Shown here in pieces: positions 1 through 8,346 of a stretch of 64,000 nt of DNA. The stretch is from Bacteroidia bacterium (GTDB lineage: Bacteria; Bacteroidota; Bacteroidia; Flavobacteriales; Flavobacteriaceae), in NCBI GenBank assembly GCA_963580575.1, contig CAUZKB010000001.1, forward strand, positions 4,514 through 68,513, written 5' to 3'. The notes under the pieces are model-generated. The model did no database searches, was not told the origin of the DNA, and was given only the letters and a program-made list of their open reading frames with translations. Made by a program: the position numbers and the translations under genes. Position 1 is the first letter of the stretch. Each line of letters begins with the position of its first letter.

Positions 1-467
1 TATTAGTTACCAAATGCCCTAAGGAATTAACCGAAACTGATCGTGAAAAGTTTTTAAAGGGATTAAAATTACAGCCTTATCAAAAAATATTTTTTACTAA
101 GATTTCTTATTCAATAAACATATATTCTCAAAATAAAAAAATTGATCTTTTATCACTTAGAAATTCTGACTTTATTTTAGTTACAGGAATTGCTAATTCA
201 TCCCCACTGGTGAATTATCTAAATTCAAAAAATTTAAAATTTGAACATTTAAAATATCCTGACCATCACAATTATAATAATTCGGATATAAAATACATTA
301 ATTCTAAAGATAAAAATAAAATTGTTTTAACTACTGAAAAAGATTACTGGAGATTAAACTCATTAAACAAGGAGTTTTTATTGTATTTTTTGCCAATTAA
401 AATGTCTTTTTTTTCAAATGAAGAAAAAGATCATTTTGACAATCATATTAAAAAATTATTAAATTAA
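1..467 (+). CDS. lpxK: tetraacyldisaccharide 4'-kinase, C-terminal part (5' end lies outside the window)
   Basis: The frame is open from the window edge (codons from nt 3: LVTKCPKELTETDREKF...). C-terminal YPDHHNY and LTTEKDYWRL motifs are typical of LpxK. The ORF track lists only the part after an internal GTG at 210. Confidence 0.7.
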   Translation, partial: LVTKCPKELTETDREKFLKGLKLQPYQKIFFTKISYSINIYSQNKKIDLLSLRNSDFILVTGIANSSPLVNYLNSKNLKFEHLKYPDHHNYNNSDIKYINSKDKNKIVLTTEKDYWRLNSLNKEFLLYFLPIKMSFFSNEEKDHFDNHIKKLLN

Positions 468-1324
468 AGGATATGTTTGTGAGCTTTATATGATGATCTA
501 ACTAGTGGTCCACTTTCAACATGACGAAAACCTATATTTAGGGCATAATTTTCATATTTTTTAAATGTTTCTGGAGTGATAAACTTTTTTACTGAAAGAT
601 GTTTTTTTGATGGTTGAAGGTATTGACCAATAGTTAACACATCTACTTTAGCATTTTTTAGATCATTTATTGTTTCAATGACTTCATGATTTTCTTCACC
701 TAGACCTAACATTATTCCTGATTTTGTTCTATTTACTTTTTTCTTTTTTAAGTATCCTAAAACCTCTAGACTTCTTTCATATTTTGCTTGAACTCTAACT
801 TGACGCGTAAGTCTTTTAACTGTTTCTAAATTATGTGAAATAACTTCTGGTGACACCTTAATTAGTCTGTCAATATTTCTTTTGTTACCCTGAAAATCAG
901 GAATTAGTGTTTCTAATGTTGTTTTTGGATTTATTCTTCGAATTGCATTTATAGTCTCTGCCCAAATAATAGAACCCATATCTTTAAGATCATCCCTATC
1001 GACTGATGTTATAACAGCATGTTTAATTTTCATAATCTTAATTGACATAGCAACTTTTTCTGGTTCTTCCCAATCTATAACATTTGGTCTTCCAGTTTTG
1101 ACTCCGCAAAAGGCACATGAGCGAGTACAGATATTACCTAAAATCATAAAGGTTGCAGTTCCTTCAGCCCAGCATTCTCCTATATTTGGACAACTTCCAG
1201 AGGTGCAAATAGTATTTAGTTTATATTTATCAACTAGACCTCTTAATAATTTATATTTTTTTCCGACAGGGAGTTTTACCCGAATCCAATTAGGTTTCTT
1301 TTTATGTTTTGTTAGAACTTCCAT
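464..1324 (-). CDS. lipA: lipoyl synthase
   Basis: 286-aa ORF with the radical-SAM CxxxCxxC motif (CTRSCAFC) and the N-terminal auxiliary cluster motif CPNIGEC. Similarity to LipA runs the full length. Confidence 0.95.
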   Translation of the reverse strand: MEVLTKHKKKPNWIRVKLPVGKKYKLLRGLVDKYKLNTICTSGSCPNIGECWAEGTATFMILGNICTRSCAFCGVKTGRPNVIDWEEPEKVAMSIKIMKIKHAVITSVDRDDLKDMGSIIWAETINAIRRINPKTTLETLIPDFQGNKRNIDRLIKVSPEVISHNLETVKRLTRQVRVQAKYERSLEVLGYLKKKKVNRTKSGIMLGLGEENHEVIETINDLKNAKVDVLTIGQYLQPSKKHLSVKKFITPETFKKYENYALNIGFRHVESGPLVRSSYKAHKHIL

Positions 1325-1347
1325 TAGATTTTTTTCAAAGATACGAA

Positions 1348-2574
1348 CTAAGAAGTAAGACTCAAAAGATAAAATAAAGAGAAACCAGTCAAAAATATTA
1401 ATCCTAGAATACTCATTAATTTTAAGCCTTTTTTAGGTTGGAGTTCTTTGGGCATTTGATCACTAATTACTAATTTATAGTTAAGAAAAGCATACAGGGG
1501 AGCTGTTATAAATGATAGAACTGTTGCAATTTGAACTAATTTCCCCATTTCAGAGAGAAGAAAAATAAAAATTAAACTTGTTCCAACGGCAAGTATGATT
1601 ATCCAAATTGTATAATAATCTTTTTCTTTTTTGAAAAGTAATTGAACAGTTCTAGACATTGCTCTAGGAGAAGCATCTAAGGTTGTAATGGTTGTGCTAA
1701 ACATTGTTGTAAAAGCTGCAACAGCAATAATTAAATAAGCGTTTTCACCAAGGTTATGTGTGTAAAGTTTTATCAATTGTTTGGCAAAAATTCCACCTTG
1801 ATTGGAAAATGATTCTCCTGTACCATTCATAACTAAAGCTCCAAGACCAATAAAACATAGCCCTAAAATTACAGTTGTAATATAACCTATATTAAAATCA
1901 AATAAGCTGTCAACTAGTTTTATTTTTTTCTTTTGAATTTTATTTTTTTCTAAAGACCAAATTGAATGCCAAATTGAAATATCAAGAGGAGCAGGCATCC
2001 AACCCATAAATGCAATTAAAAAGAGAAGACCTTCTCCTTGAGGAAAAATTTGTTTTATAGAAATAGAAGTGTCATTTTTATAGAAAGCAATTGATATAGC
2101 TAAAATACTACTAACCGCGAGGACTATCATAATTAGTTTAATCGCTTTATCGAGAGTTTTATATTTTCCAATAATTAAAGTTAAACTACAGAAAATAGTG
2201 ATTACAATACTCCATGTAATCATATTATCAGTAAAACCAAATAATTCTGATGCAAGCCCAGCTGTTACAATTGTTACTGCAGTTTGAATAGTGAACATGG
2301 TGGCAAAATTTAGAATAAAATAAAACCATAAATATCCTTTGCCTAATTTATAATATCCATCTAAAAGTGTTTTTCCAGTTGAAATTGCGTATCGAGGTCC
2401 ATATTGAAAGAAAGGATATTTGAAAAGATTTATTATAAGTAAAGCCCATATTAGACCCCATCCAAAATCTGCTCCAGCTCTTGTTGATTGAACTAAATGA
2501 GAAACTCCAATAGCTGCTCCCGCAAAAAGTAATCCAGGACCAAGTTTCTTTAGATCAAAGTTTATCTTTTTCAA
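1348..2574 (-). CDS. Nramp-family divalent metal cation transporter
   Basis: 408-aa polytopic membrane ORF. The N-terminal GPGLLFAGAAIGVSHLVQSTRAGADFGW resembles the Nramp/MntH signature. Its start overlaps the upstream sigma-factor stop by 20 nt. Confidence 0.8.
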   Translation of the reverse strand: MKKINFDLKKLGPGLLFAGAAIGVSHLVQSTRAGADFGWGLIWALLIINLFKYPFFQYGPRYAISTGKTLLDGYYKLGKGYLWFYFILNFATMFTIQTAVTIVTAGLASELFGFTDNMITWSIVITIFCSLTLIIGKYKTLDKAIKLIMIVLAVSSILAISIAFYKNDTSISIKQIFPQGEGLLFLIAFMGWMPAPLDISIWHSIWSLEKNKIQKKKIKLVDSLFDFNIGYITTVILGLCFIGLGALVMNGTGESFSNQGGIFAKQLIKLYTHNLGENAYLIIAVAAFTTMFSTTITTLDASPRAMSRTVQLLFKKEKDYYTIWIIILAVGTSLIFIFLLSEMGKLVQIATVLSFITAPLYAFLNYKLVISDQMPKELQPKKGLKLMSILGLIFLTGFSLFYLLSLTS

Positions 2575-3115
2575 TGGATTGAATTAAAATTTTTTTTGCT
2601 CTAAATAATTTTACTTTGACGGTATTTAATGGAACATTAAGTTTTTTTTCTATTTCTTTATATGCCATCCCTTCAAAATACCTTAGTTTCAGTAAAACAC
2701 GATAATCTTTTTTTAAGTTTTTTAAATGTGATAATATACTTTCAATATTTTGTGTGTTGATTAGTTGATCTTCTGGGTTTTGAGTTAAACTAATTAAATC
2801 TGAATGTAATGGATCATCAATATTGGATGTTAACTTATCTAAAACATTTTTTTTTCTATAGTGGTCTATATGGTGGTTTTTTGCAATTGAAAACAGCCAA
2901 TTTTTAAAATTAAATTTTTTGTTATATGAATTAAGATTATCAAAGGCTTTTGCAAATGTTTCGATAGATAGTTCTTCAGCTTGATTCTTGTTATTAGTTC
3001 TTTTCAACAAGAAATTAAATAAGGAGTCCCAAAAAATATCAAATAATTGATTATAAGCTTTTTGATCATTTTTTTTGGCTTTTTCAATTACATTTTTATA
3101 ATCAAAAGAATCCAT
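2555..3115 (-). CDS. RNA polymerase sigma-70 family (ECF-type) sigma factor
   Basis: 186-aa ORF with a region-2-like segment (LFDIFWDSLFNFLLKRT...NHHIDHYRKK) and a region-4 HTH (YFEGMAYKEIEKKLNVPLNTVKVKLFRAKK). It ends in TGA at 2555-2557. Confidence 0.85.
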   Translation of the reverse strand: MDSFDYKNVIEKAKKNDQKAYNQLFDIFWDSLFNFLLKRTNNKNQAEELSIETFAKAFDNLNSYNKKFNFKNWLFSIAKNHHIDHYRKKNVLDKLTSNIDDPLHSDLISLTQNPEDQLINTQNIESILSHLKNLKKDYRVLLKLRYFEGMAYKEIEKKLNVPLNTVKVKLFRAKKILIQSIEKDKL

Positions 3116-3129
3116 TATGGTTTTTAATT

Positions 3130-3336
3130 TTAATTATTTAAAATCTTAGATTGTTTACAATATTTTTCAGAAGGTAATTTTCCACAAATTCCACATACTT
3201 TATTGTTCTTATTTAAAAAAGGACTTTGACTTGCACATGTTCCTGAAAATTCCCCATTTTTTTTTAATAAAATTTTAATTGCTATTCCAGAAAATGCAAG
3301 AAGAAGAAAAAAAAATGTTAGAAGAAAAAGTTTCAT
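3130..3336 (-). CDS. small single-pass Cys-rich membrane protein, possibly (Na+)-NQR maturation factor NqrM-like (DUF539-like)
   Basis: 68-aa ORF with one N-terminal TM helix followed by SGTCAS...VCGICG...YC (four Cys). The layout recalls NqrM (TM helix + GSCGG...CxC), from memory only. It has its own TAnnTTTG box 16 nt upstream. Confidence 0.45.
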   Translation of the reverse strand: MKLFLLTFFFLLLAFSGIAIKILLKKNGEFSGTCASQSPFLNKNNKVCGICGKLPSEKYCKQSKILNN

Positions 3337-3352
3337 AACGTGAACGAAAATA

Positions 3353-3360
3353 CAAAATTA
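3353..3360 (-). promoter_or_regulatory. Bacteroidota-type -7 promoter box (TAATTTTG on the minus strand)
   Basis: Exact match to TAnnTTTG, 16 nt upstream of the ATG at 3336. Confidence 0.4.
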
Positions 3361-3383
3361 AATAAGTAAAAAAGTTTAAATTT

Positions 3384-3875
3384 TTAGTTAAAAAATCTAA
3401 TCCATACAAATTTTAAGTAGTAGCCTAAAAAAATTAGACTCATTAAAAATTTTATAAAGATTCCACTTAAAAAACCAAAAAAAGCACCAAAAGAAACATT
3501 TAATGATTTTTTAAAATTGTTATGAGTTTTATATTCACCTAAAAATCCACCAATTATAGTACCCAGGATCATTCCAATTGGTCCTAAAAAAATTAACCCG
3601 ATGATTAAACCAACACTACTTCCTATAATACTTCCTTTACCACCACCTTTTTTTTTAACTCCTAATATTGATATTATGATATCTAAAATAAAAATAGTAA
3701 TTGCAATAATAAAAGTAATTATCGTAAATCTAAGTGTGATTTGAAAATTACCAGACAAGAATAAAATTAGTAGACCAAGCCAACTTAGAATTGGTCCAGG
3801 TAAAACAGGTAAAAAACTTCCTATAATTCCTAAAAAAACAAGAATAAACCCTGTGATTATTATTATCGTTTCCAT
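3384..3875 (-). CDS. DUF456-like integral membrane protein
   Basis: 163-aa ORF with four hydrophobic segments and a Gly/Lys loop (KKKGGGKGS). The family assignment is from memory. Confidence 0.55.
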   Translation of the reverse strand: METIIIITGFILVFLGIIGSFLPVLPGPILSWLGLLILFLSGNFQITLRFTIITFIIAITIFILDIIISILGVKKKGGGKGSIIGSSVGLIIGLIFLGPIGMILGTIIGGFLGEYKTHNNFKKSLNVSFGAFFGFLSGIFIKFLMSLIFLGYYLKFVWIRFFN

Positions 3876-3965
3876 ATTATATGAGAATTTTAAATTTTAA
3901 TCTCTTTATTTTTTAATTACATATTTGCATAAAAATATCGTAATTTTATTGAATATTAATTATCA

Positions 3966-4460
3966 ATGATGCACTATATTAATTTCTTTAAAATTCTATT
4001 TTTTTTACCTTTTATAATTTTAAACGGTTGTGATATTTTTAAATCGAATAAATTTTCTTCTAGTGAGATTAAAACGGCATCATCATGGACTTCTAATGAT
4101 GAAAGACCAAGTTTTAATGAGTGTGAAGATATTAATAATGATGAGGGTTTTGATTGCTTTGAATCAATAGTTTCTGAAACAATTTTAAAATATCTTTCAA
4201 ATGAAATTCTTGAGATAAATGAAGAAGTTGATGAAGAAATTAAAGTTGTAATTAAGGTTGATAAAGAAGGTTTTTTTTCTTTGCTGAGTATTGATGCATC
4301 TGATTTTATTAAAGATAAGATTGAAGGATTAGAAGAATTTGTTGAGAATGCAGTCTATAGTATACCTCAAGCCTTACCTGCAGTAAAAGTTAATGTTGAG
4401 GAGTATGTAAACACAAAATTTGAATTACCTATTAGAATTTTATCTCAAGAATCTTTATAA
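3966..4460 (+). CDS. hypothetical lipoprotein
   Basis: 164-aa ORF with a signal peptide ending in a lipobox-like LNGC and an acidic C-terminal region. Its stop overlaps the ruvC ATG (TAATG). Confidence 0.5.
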   Translation: MMHYINFFKILFFLPFIILNGCDIFKSNKFSSSEIKTASSWTSNDERPSFNECEDINNDEGFDCFESIVSETILKYLSNEILEINEEVDEEIKVVIKVDKEGFFSLLSIDASDFIKDKIEGLEEFVENAVYSIPQALPAVKVNVEEYVNTKFELPIRILSQESL

Positions 4461-5014
4461 TGCCCAACGGGAAAATTATTTTAGGCATTGATCCTGGAAC
4501 CACTATAATGGGTTTCGGATTAATAAAAATTCAAAATAATGAAATGCAATTAATACAATTTCATGAATTACATCTTAAAAAATATGAAAATCATTATCTT
4601 AAGTTGGATCAAATTTTTAAAAGGACAATCGAAATTATAGATGAATATCATCCTGATGAAATAGCAATAGAAGCACCATTTTTTGGTAAGAACGTACAAT
4701 CAATGTTAAAGCTGGGAAGAGCTCAGGGTGTTGCAATGGCTGCAGGACTTTCAAGAGAAGTACCTATAACTGAGTATTCTCCTAAAAAAATTAAAATGTC
4801 CATTACAGGAAATGGTAATGCGAGTAAAGAGCAGGTTGCAAAAATGTTGAAGAGTTTACTAAATATTTCTGAGTTGCCAAAAAATCTTGATGCTACTGAT
4901 GGTCTAGCAGCTGCAGTTTGCCATTTTTATAATAAAGGAACTGAAACTGAAAATAAGGTTTACAGTAATTGGAATTCATATCTTAGTAAGAACCCCAATA
5001 GAATAAAATCTTAA
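4460..5014 (+). CDS. ruvC: crossover junction endodeoxyribonuclease RuvC
   Basis: 184-aa ORF with an ILGIDPGT N-terminus and the IAIEAPFFGKN and ATDGLAAAVCH segments typical of RuvC. Confidence 0.9.
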   Translation: MPNGKIILGIDPGTTIMGFGLIKIQNNEMQLIQFHELHLKKYENHYLKLDQIFKRTIEIIDEYHPDEIAIEAPFFGKNVQSMLKLGRAQGVAMAAGLSREVPITEYSPKKIKMSITGNGNASKEQVAKMLKSLLNISELPKNLDATDGLAAAVCHFYNKGTETENKVYSNWNSYLSKNPNRIKS

Positions 5015-5031
5015 TAATTTATTTGGTCAAA

Positions 5032-6162
5032 ATGGCTAATATTTATGTTCACTATCCATTTTGTAAAAAAGCGTGTCATTATTGTAATTTTCATTTTTCC
5101 ACTAAACTTAACAATCAAACAATTGTTTTAGATGCAATATTAAAGGAAATCGAAATTCGATCAAATGAGATTAATGATTCACTGGAGAGTATATATTTTG
5201 GAGGAGGTTCTCCATCTATTTTAGAGACTAAGTATTTAGAAAAAATTATAAATAAAATTTTAAGTCAATTTAAAGTAAAAAAGAAAATTGAGATCACTTT
5301 AGAATTAAATCCAGATGATTATTCAAAAGAGTACTTGGTTGAAATAAAAAAGTTTGGAATTAATAGAATTAGTTTAGGAGTTCAATCATTCAATCAGTTT
5401 GATTTAGAACTTTTAAATAGAAATCATAATTCAGTTCAATCATTAGAAGCCTTAGATTGTATTTCTAATTTATATGATAATTATTCAATTGATCTTATTT
5501 ATGGAATTCCTTATAGTTCGATCGAAAAATGGAGAAAAAATTTAGAAATTACATTAAAATATCAACCACCTCATTTATCATGTTATGTTCTTACACTTGA
5601 GTCTAATACTGCACTTGAATATAAAGTAAAAAATGGAGATATCGAATTATTAGAAGAAGAATTGGTTAAGGAACAATATGATTATTTAATTCAAAAATTA
5701 GGTAAAAGAGGTTATGTAAATTATGAATTCTCAAGTTTTGCTAAACCTGGTTATAATTCAATTAATAATTCAAATTATTGGAATGGAAAAGCATATATAG
5801 GAATTGGCCCTTCAGCTCATAGTTACAATGGTAAATCAATAAGAAGCTGGAATATTTCAAATAATTCAAAGTATGTTAAATCTATTATGAAAAATAGACT
5901 TCCTGCAAAGATGGAAAAATTGAAAATAAATGATTTGTATAATGAATATATAATGACTGGTTTAAGAAAGGAAGAAGGGATTTCGTTTAACGAAATTAAA
6001 AATAGATTTGGAGAGACATATAAAAAATATATCGAAAAACAACTAAAGAAACATATTATAAATAAGCACATTTTTTTAGATGGAGACACAATAAAAATCT
6101 CTAAAAAGTTTAAATTTCTAACCGATGGATTATCTTCAGATCTTTTTTTTCTGAGAGATTAA
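5032..6162 (+). CDS. hemW: radical SAM family heme chaperone HemW (oxygen-independent coproporphyrinogen III oxidase-like)
   Basis: Contains the CKKACHYCNF radical-SAM motif near the N-terminus and a HemN_C-like tail. The ATG at 5032 is preferred over the TTG at 5023 used by the ORF track. Confidence 0.85.
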   Translation: MANIYVHYPFCKKACHYCNFHFSTKLNNQTIVLDAILKEIEIRSNEINDSLESIYFGGGSPSILETKYLEKIINKILSQFKVKKKIEITLELNPDDYSKEYLVEIKKFGINRISLGVQSFNQFDLELLNRNHNSVQSLEALDCISNLYDNYSIDLIYGIPYSSIEKWRKNLEITLKYQPPHLSCYVLTLESNTALEYKVKNGDIELLEEELVKEQYDYLIQKLGKRGYVNYEFSSFAKPGYNSINNSNYWNGKAYIGIGPSAHSYNGKSIRSWNISNNSKYVKSIMKNRLPAKMEKLKINDLYNEYIMTGLRKEEGISFNEIKNRFGETYKKYIEKQLKKHIINKHIFLDGDTIKISKKFKFLTDGLSSDLFFLRD

Positions 6163-7560
6163 TTATGTCAATTTAGAATAATATTCATAAAATTTTTCAA
6201 TAGTTTCAATTCCTTTAAAAAAATTAAATAAACCAAAATGTTCATTGGGAGAATGAATGTCGTCACTATCTAAACCAAATCCCATAAGTATAGATTTTAT
6301 ATTTAGTTCTTTTTCGAACATTGGAACTATTGGAATACTTCCCCCTCCTCTGCTGGGAATAGGTTTTACCCCAAATGTATTATAATAAGCTTTATAAGCA
6401 GCTTTATAACCAGCTTGGTTTTCTGGTGTTATGTAAGGAAATCCACCATGATGAGTCTTTACTTTCACATTGACACTTTTTGGAGCAATAGATATGAAAT
6501 AATTTTCAAAAATTTTACTAATTTTTTTCCAATTCTGATTGGGGACTAATCTCATTGAAATTTTTGCGTTTGCTTCACTTGGAATGACAGTTTTTGAACC
6601 TTCTCCAGTATATCCTCCCCAAATTCCATTCACATCCAAAGTGGGTCTTATTGATTTTCTTTCAATTGTTGAATAATTTTTTTCTCCATGAATATCAGAA
6701 ATTTTAATTGATTCTTTAAATTCATTTAAATTAAAAGGTTCCTTATTAATTTGATCGCGAGTTTTTTTATTATATTTTAAAACATCATCGTAAAATCCAG
6801 GAATTGAAATTTTATTATTTTTATCTTTAAGATTTGAAATCATTTCACACAAGATATTAATTGGGTTTGGAACTGCTCCACCATAGAGCCCTGAGTGTAA
6901 ATCTTTATCAGGACCTTTTATAGAAACCTCCATGTAACTTAGACCTCTAAGTCCAGTTGTTATTGAGGGTTGTTCATTTGATATGATTCCAGTATCAGAA
7001 ATTAAAATAATATCTGATTTTAATTTTTTTTTGTTCTCTTTAATAAATTTTTCAAGGTTTTCACTTCCGATTTCTTCTTCACCTTCAATCATAAATTTTA
7101 TGTTACACCTTAAGTTTTTTTTATTGGTCATTAATTCCAGAGCTTTTATATGCATAAACATTTGACCTTTGTCATCACAAGCTCCTCTGCAGAAAATAGC
7201 TCCATTGGGATGTAATTTAGTTTTTTTAATTATTGGTTCAAATGGAGGGTTATCCCATAAATGTATAGGATCAGGAGGTTGAACATCGTAATGACCATAA
7301 ACTAGTACCATAGGTAATTCGAGATTTATTATTTTTTCTCCATAAACTATGGGATGGCCTTCTGTTTTTATTATCTGAGCCTTGTCGCATCCTGCTTTTA
7401 TTAAAGAATTTTTTATCCAGTTTGCTGCCTTAATGATATCTTCTTTAAATTTTGAGTCAGCACTGATTGAGGGAATTTTTAATAATTCTATTAATTCTTT
7501 AACATACCTTTTTTGATCATTTGATAACTTCATTAAATTTAATTTAATTGTTTTCTTCAA
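6163..7560 (-). CDS. M20-family dipeptidase
   Basis: 465-aa ORF with YGHYDVQP, CRGACDDKGQ and EGEEEIGS motifs of M20 metallopeptidases. Its stop abuts the hemW stop with 0 nt between them. Confidence 0.85.
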   Translation of the reverse strand: MKKTIKLNLMKLSNDQKRYVKELIELLKIPSISADSKFKEDIIKAANWIKNSLIKAGCDKAQIIKTEGHPIVYGEKIINLELPMVLVYGHYDVQPPDPIHLWDNPPFEPIIKKTKLHPNGAIFCRGACDDKGQMFMHIKALELMTNKKNLRCNIKFMIEGEEEIGSENLEKFIKENKKKLKSDIILISDTGIISNEQPSITTGLRGLSYMEVSIKGPDKDLHSGLYGGAVPNPINILCEMISNLKDKNNKISIPGFYDDVLKYNKKTRDQINKEPFNLNEFKESIKISDIHGEKNYSTIERKSIRPTLDVNGIWGGYTGEGSKTVIPSEANAKISMRLVPNQNWKKISKIFENYFISIAPKSVNVKVKTHHGGFPYITPENQAGYKAAYKAYYNTFGVKPIPSRGGGSIPIVPMFEKELNIKSILMGFGLDSDDIHSPNEHFGLFNFFKGIETIEKFYEYYSKLT

Positions 7561-7613
7561 ATTTATACATTGTATTTATTTTTAGACATATAATTTTTAT
7601 AAGAAAACTTATT

Positions 7614-7621
7614 TATATTTG
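7614..7621 (+). promoter_or_regulatory. Bacteroidota-type -7 promoter box (TATATTTG) for tRNA-Leu
   Basis: Exact TAnnTTTG match, 13 nt upstream of tRNA position 1. Confidence 0.45.
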
Positions 7622-7634
7622 TCAACTTGATTTT

Positions 7635-7716
7635 GCGGGTGTGGTGAAATTGGTAGACACGCTAGACTTAGGATCTAGTGCTTTGCGGCATGGGGGTTCG
7701 AGTCCCTTCACCCGCA
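7635..7716 (+). tRNA. tRNA-Leu (anticodon TAG), long variable arm, CCA not encoded
   Basis: The acceptor stem GCGGGTG/CACCCGC plus discriminator A, the anticodon stem CTAGA/TCTAG with loop CTTAGGA, the T-arm GGGGGTTCGAGTCCCTTC and a long variable arm were all folded by hand. Confidence 0.95.
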
Positions 7717-7723
7717 CAGAAAT

Positions 7724-7758
7724 ATCCTCACTTTATGTGGGGATTATTTTCTTTTTTT
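7724..7758 (+). terminator. intrinsic terminator after tRNA-Leu
   Basis: Stem ATCCTCAC (7724-7731), loop TTTAT, stem GTGGGGAT (7737-7744, one G-U pair), followed by TATTTTCTTTTTTT. It overlaps the 3' end of the minus-strand pseudogene. Confidence 0.5.
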
Positions 7759-8146
7759 CTTTGCTCTTGAATAAATTCTATTCCACAATTAAGTTTCTTT
7801 GCTAAATTTATTTTTGGATCAAAAGTTCTTCAAAATGGTGTAATATTTTCTATTTTCTCTCCATTTTGAAAATTTTTAAAAGAAGCTTCAGCTACTATTC
7901 TTAAGAATATCCCTGTTGATACTGGACAAGTTTTATCAGTATTATAATTTTTAGATAGGTCTTCCCTGATTTTTGTTAGATTAACATTTTTTCCATATCT
8001 TATTTTTTTATATAATCATTAATAATTTTTGGATTAACAACTAACATTTTACTTCCAGGTAAAATATCTGTAAAACCTTTTTCTATTGTCTTAATTTTAA
8101 TTTCAATAGGTACATTTAATTTTCAATCCAAGTCTTTTTTTTTCAA
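7728..8146 (-). pseudogene. disrupted MGMT-family-like (methyltransferase DNA-binding-domain-like) gene
   Basis: Conceptual translation gives KDLD*KLNVPIEIKIKTIEKGFTDILPGSKMLVVNPKIINDYIKK(fs)IRYGKNVNLTKIREDLSKNYNTDKTCPVSTGIFLRIVAEA...ENITPF*RTFDPKINLAKKLNCGIEFIQEQRKKENN. There are in-frame TGAs at 8123-8125 and 7830-7832. An A7 run at 8003-8009 is one base short, which gives a TAA at 8000-8002. A further TAA lies at 8153-8155, with the same frame open upstream of it. No ORF of 60 aa or more is listed in the track here. Confidence 0.6.
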
Positions 8147-8346
8147 ATTGTTTTATTTGTAATAATTTTTTCTTTCTGTCTTTAACATCCCAATAGTTTC
8201 ATTCATGAATTTATTTTTTTCATATCTATTTTTAAATATCCATATGCAAATACAATCTTCACTATGATAAATAGCTTTTAATTCATCATCAATATCACAA
8301 ATTTCTTTTGGTATTAAAGTTTTAATACAAATCCATTTACCAAATT

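Noticed and set aside
7548-7805. 85-aa plus-strand ORF spanning the tRNA-Leu gene.
   Set aside because: It runs straight through a canonical tRNA and its terminator and has a nonsensical hydrophobic translation, so it is spurious.
8000-8012. Programmed -1 ribosomal frameshift at the slippery heptamer A AAA AAA followed by UAA in the MGMT-like gene. A -1 slip would restore ...YIKKIRYGKN....
   Set aside because: The gene additionally carries two in-frame TGA codons, an upstream TAA and no clear start codon, so a frameshift alone cannot give a full-length product. A one-base homopolymer deletion or a sequencing error is simpler.
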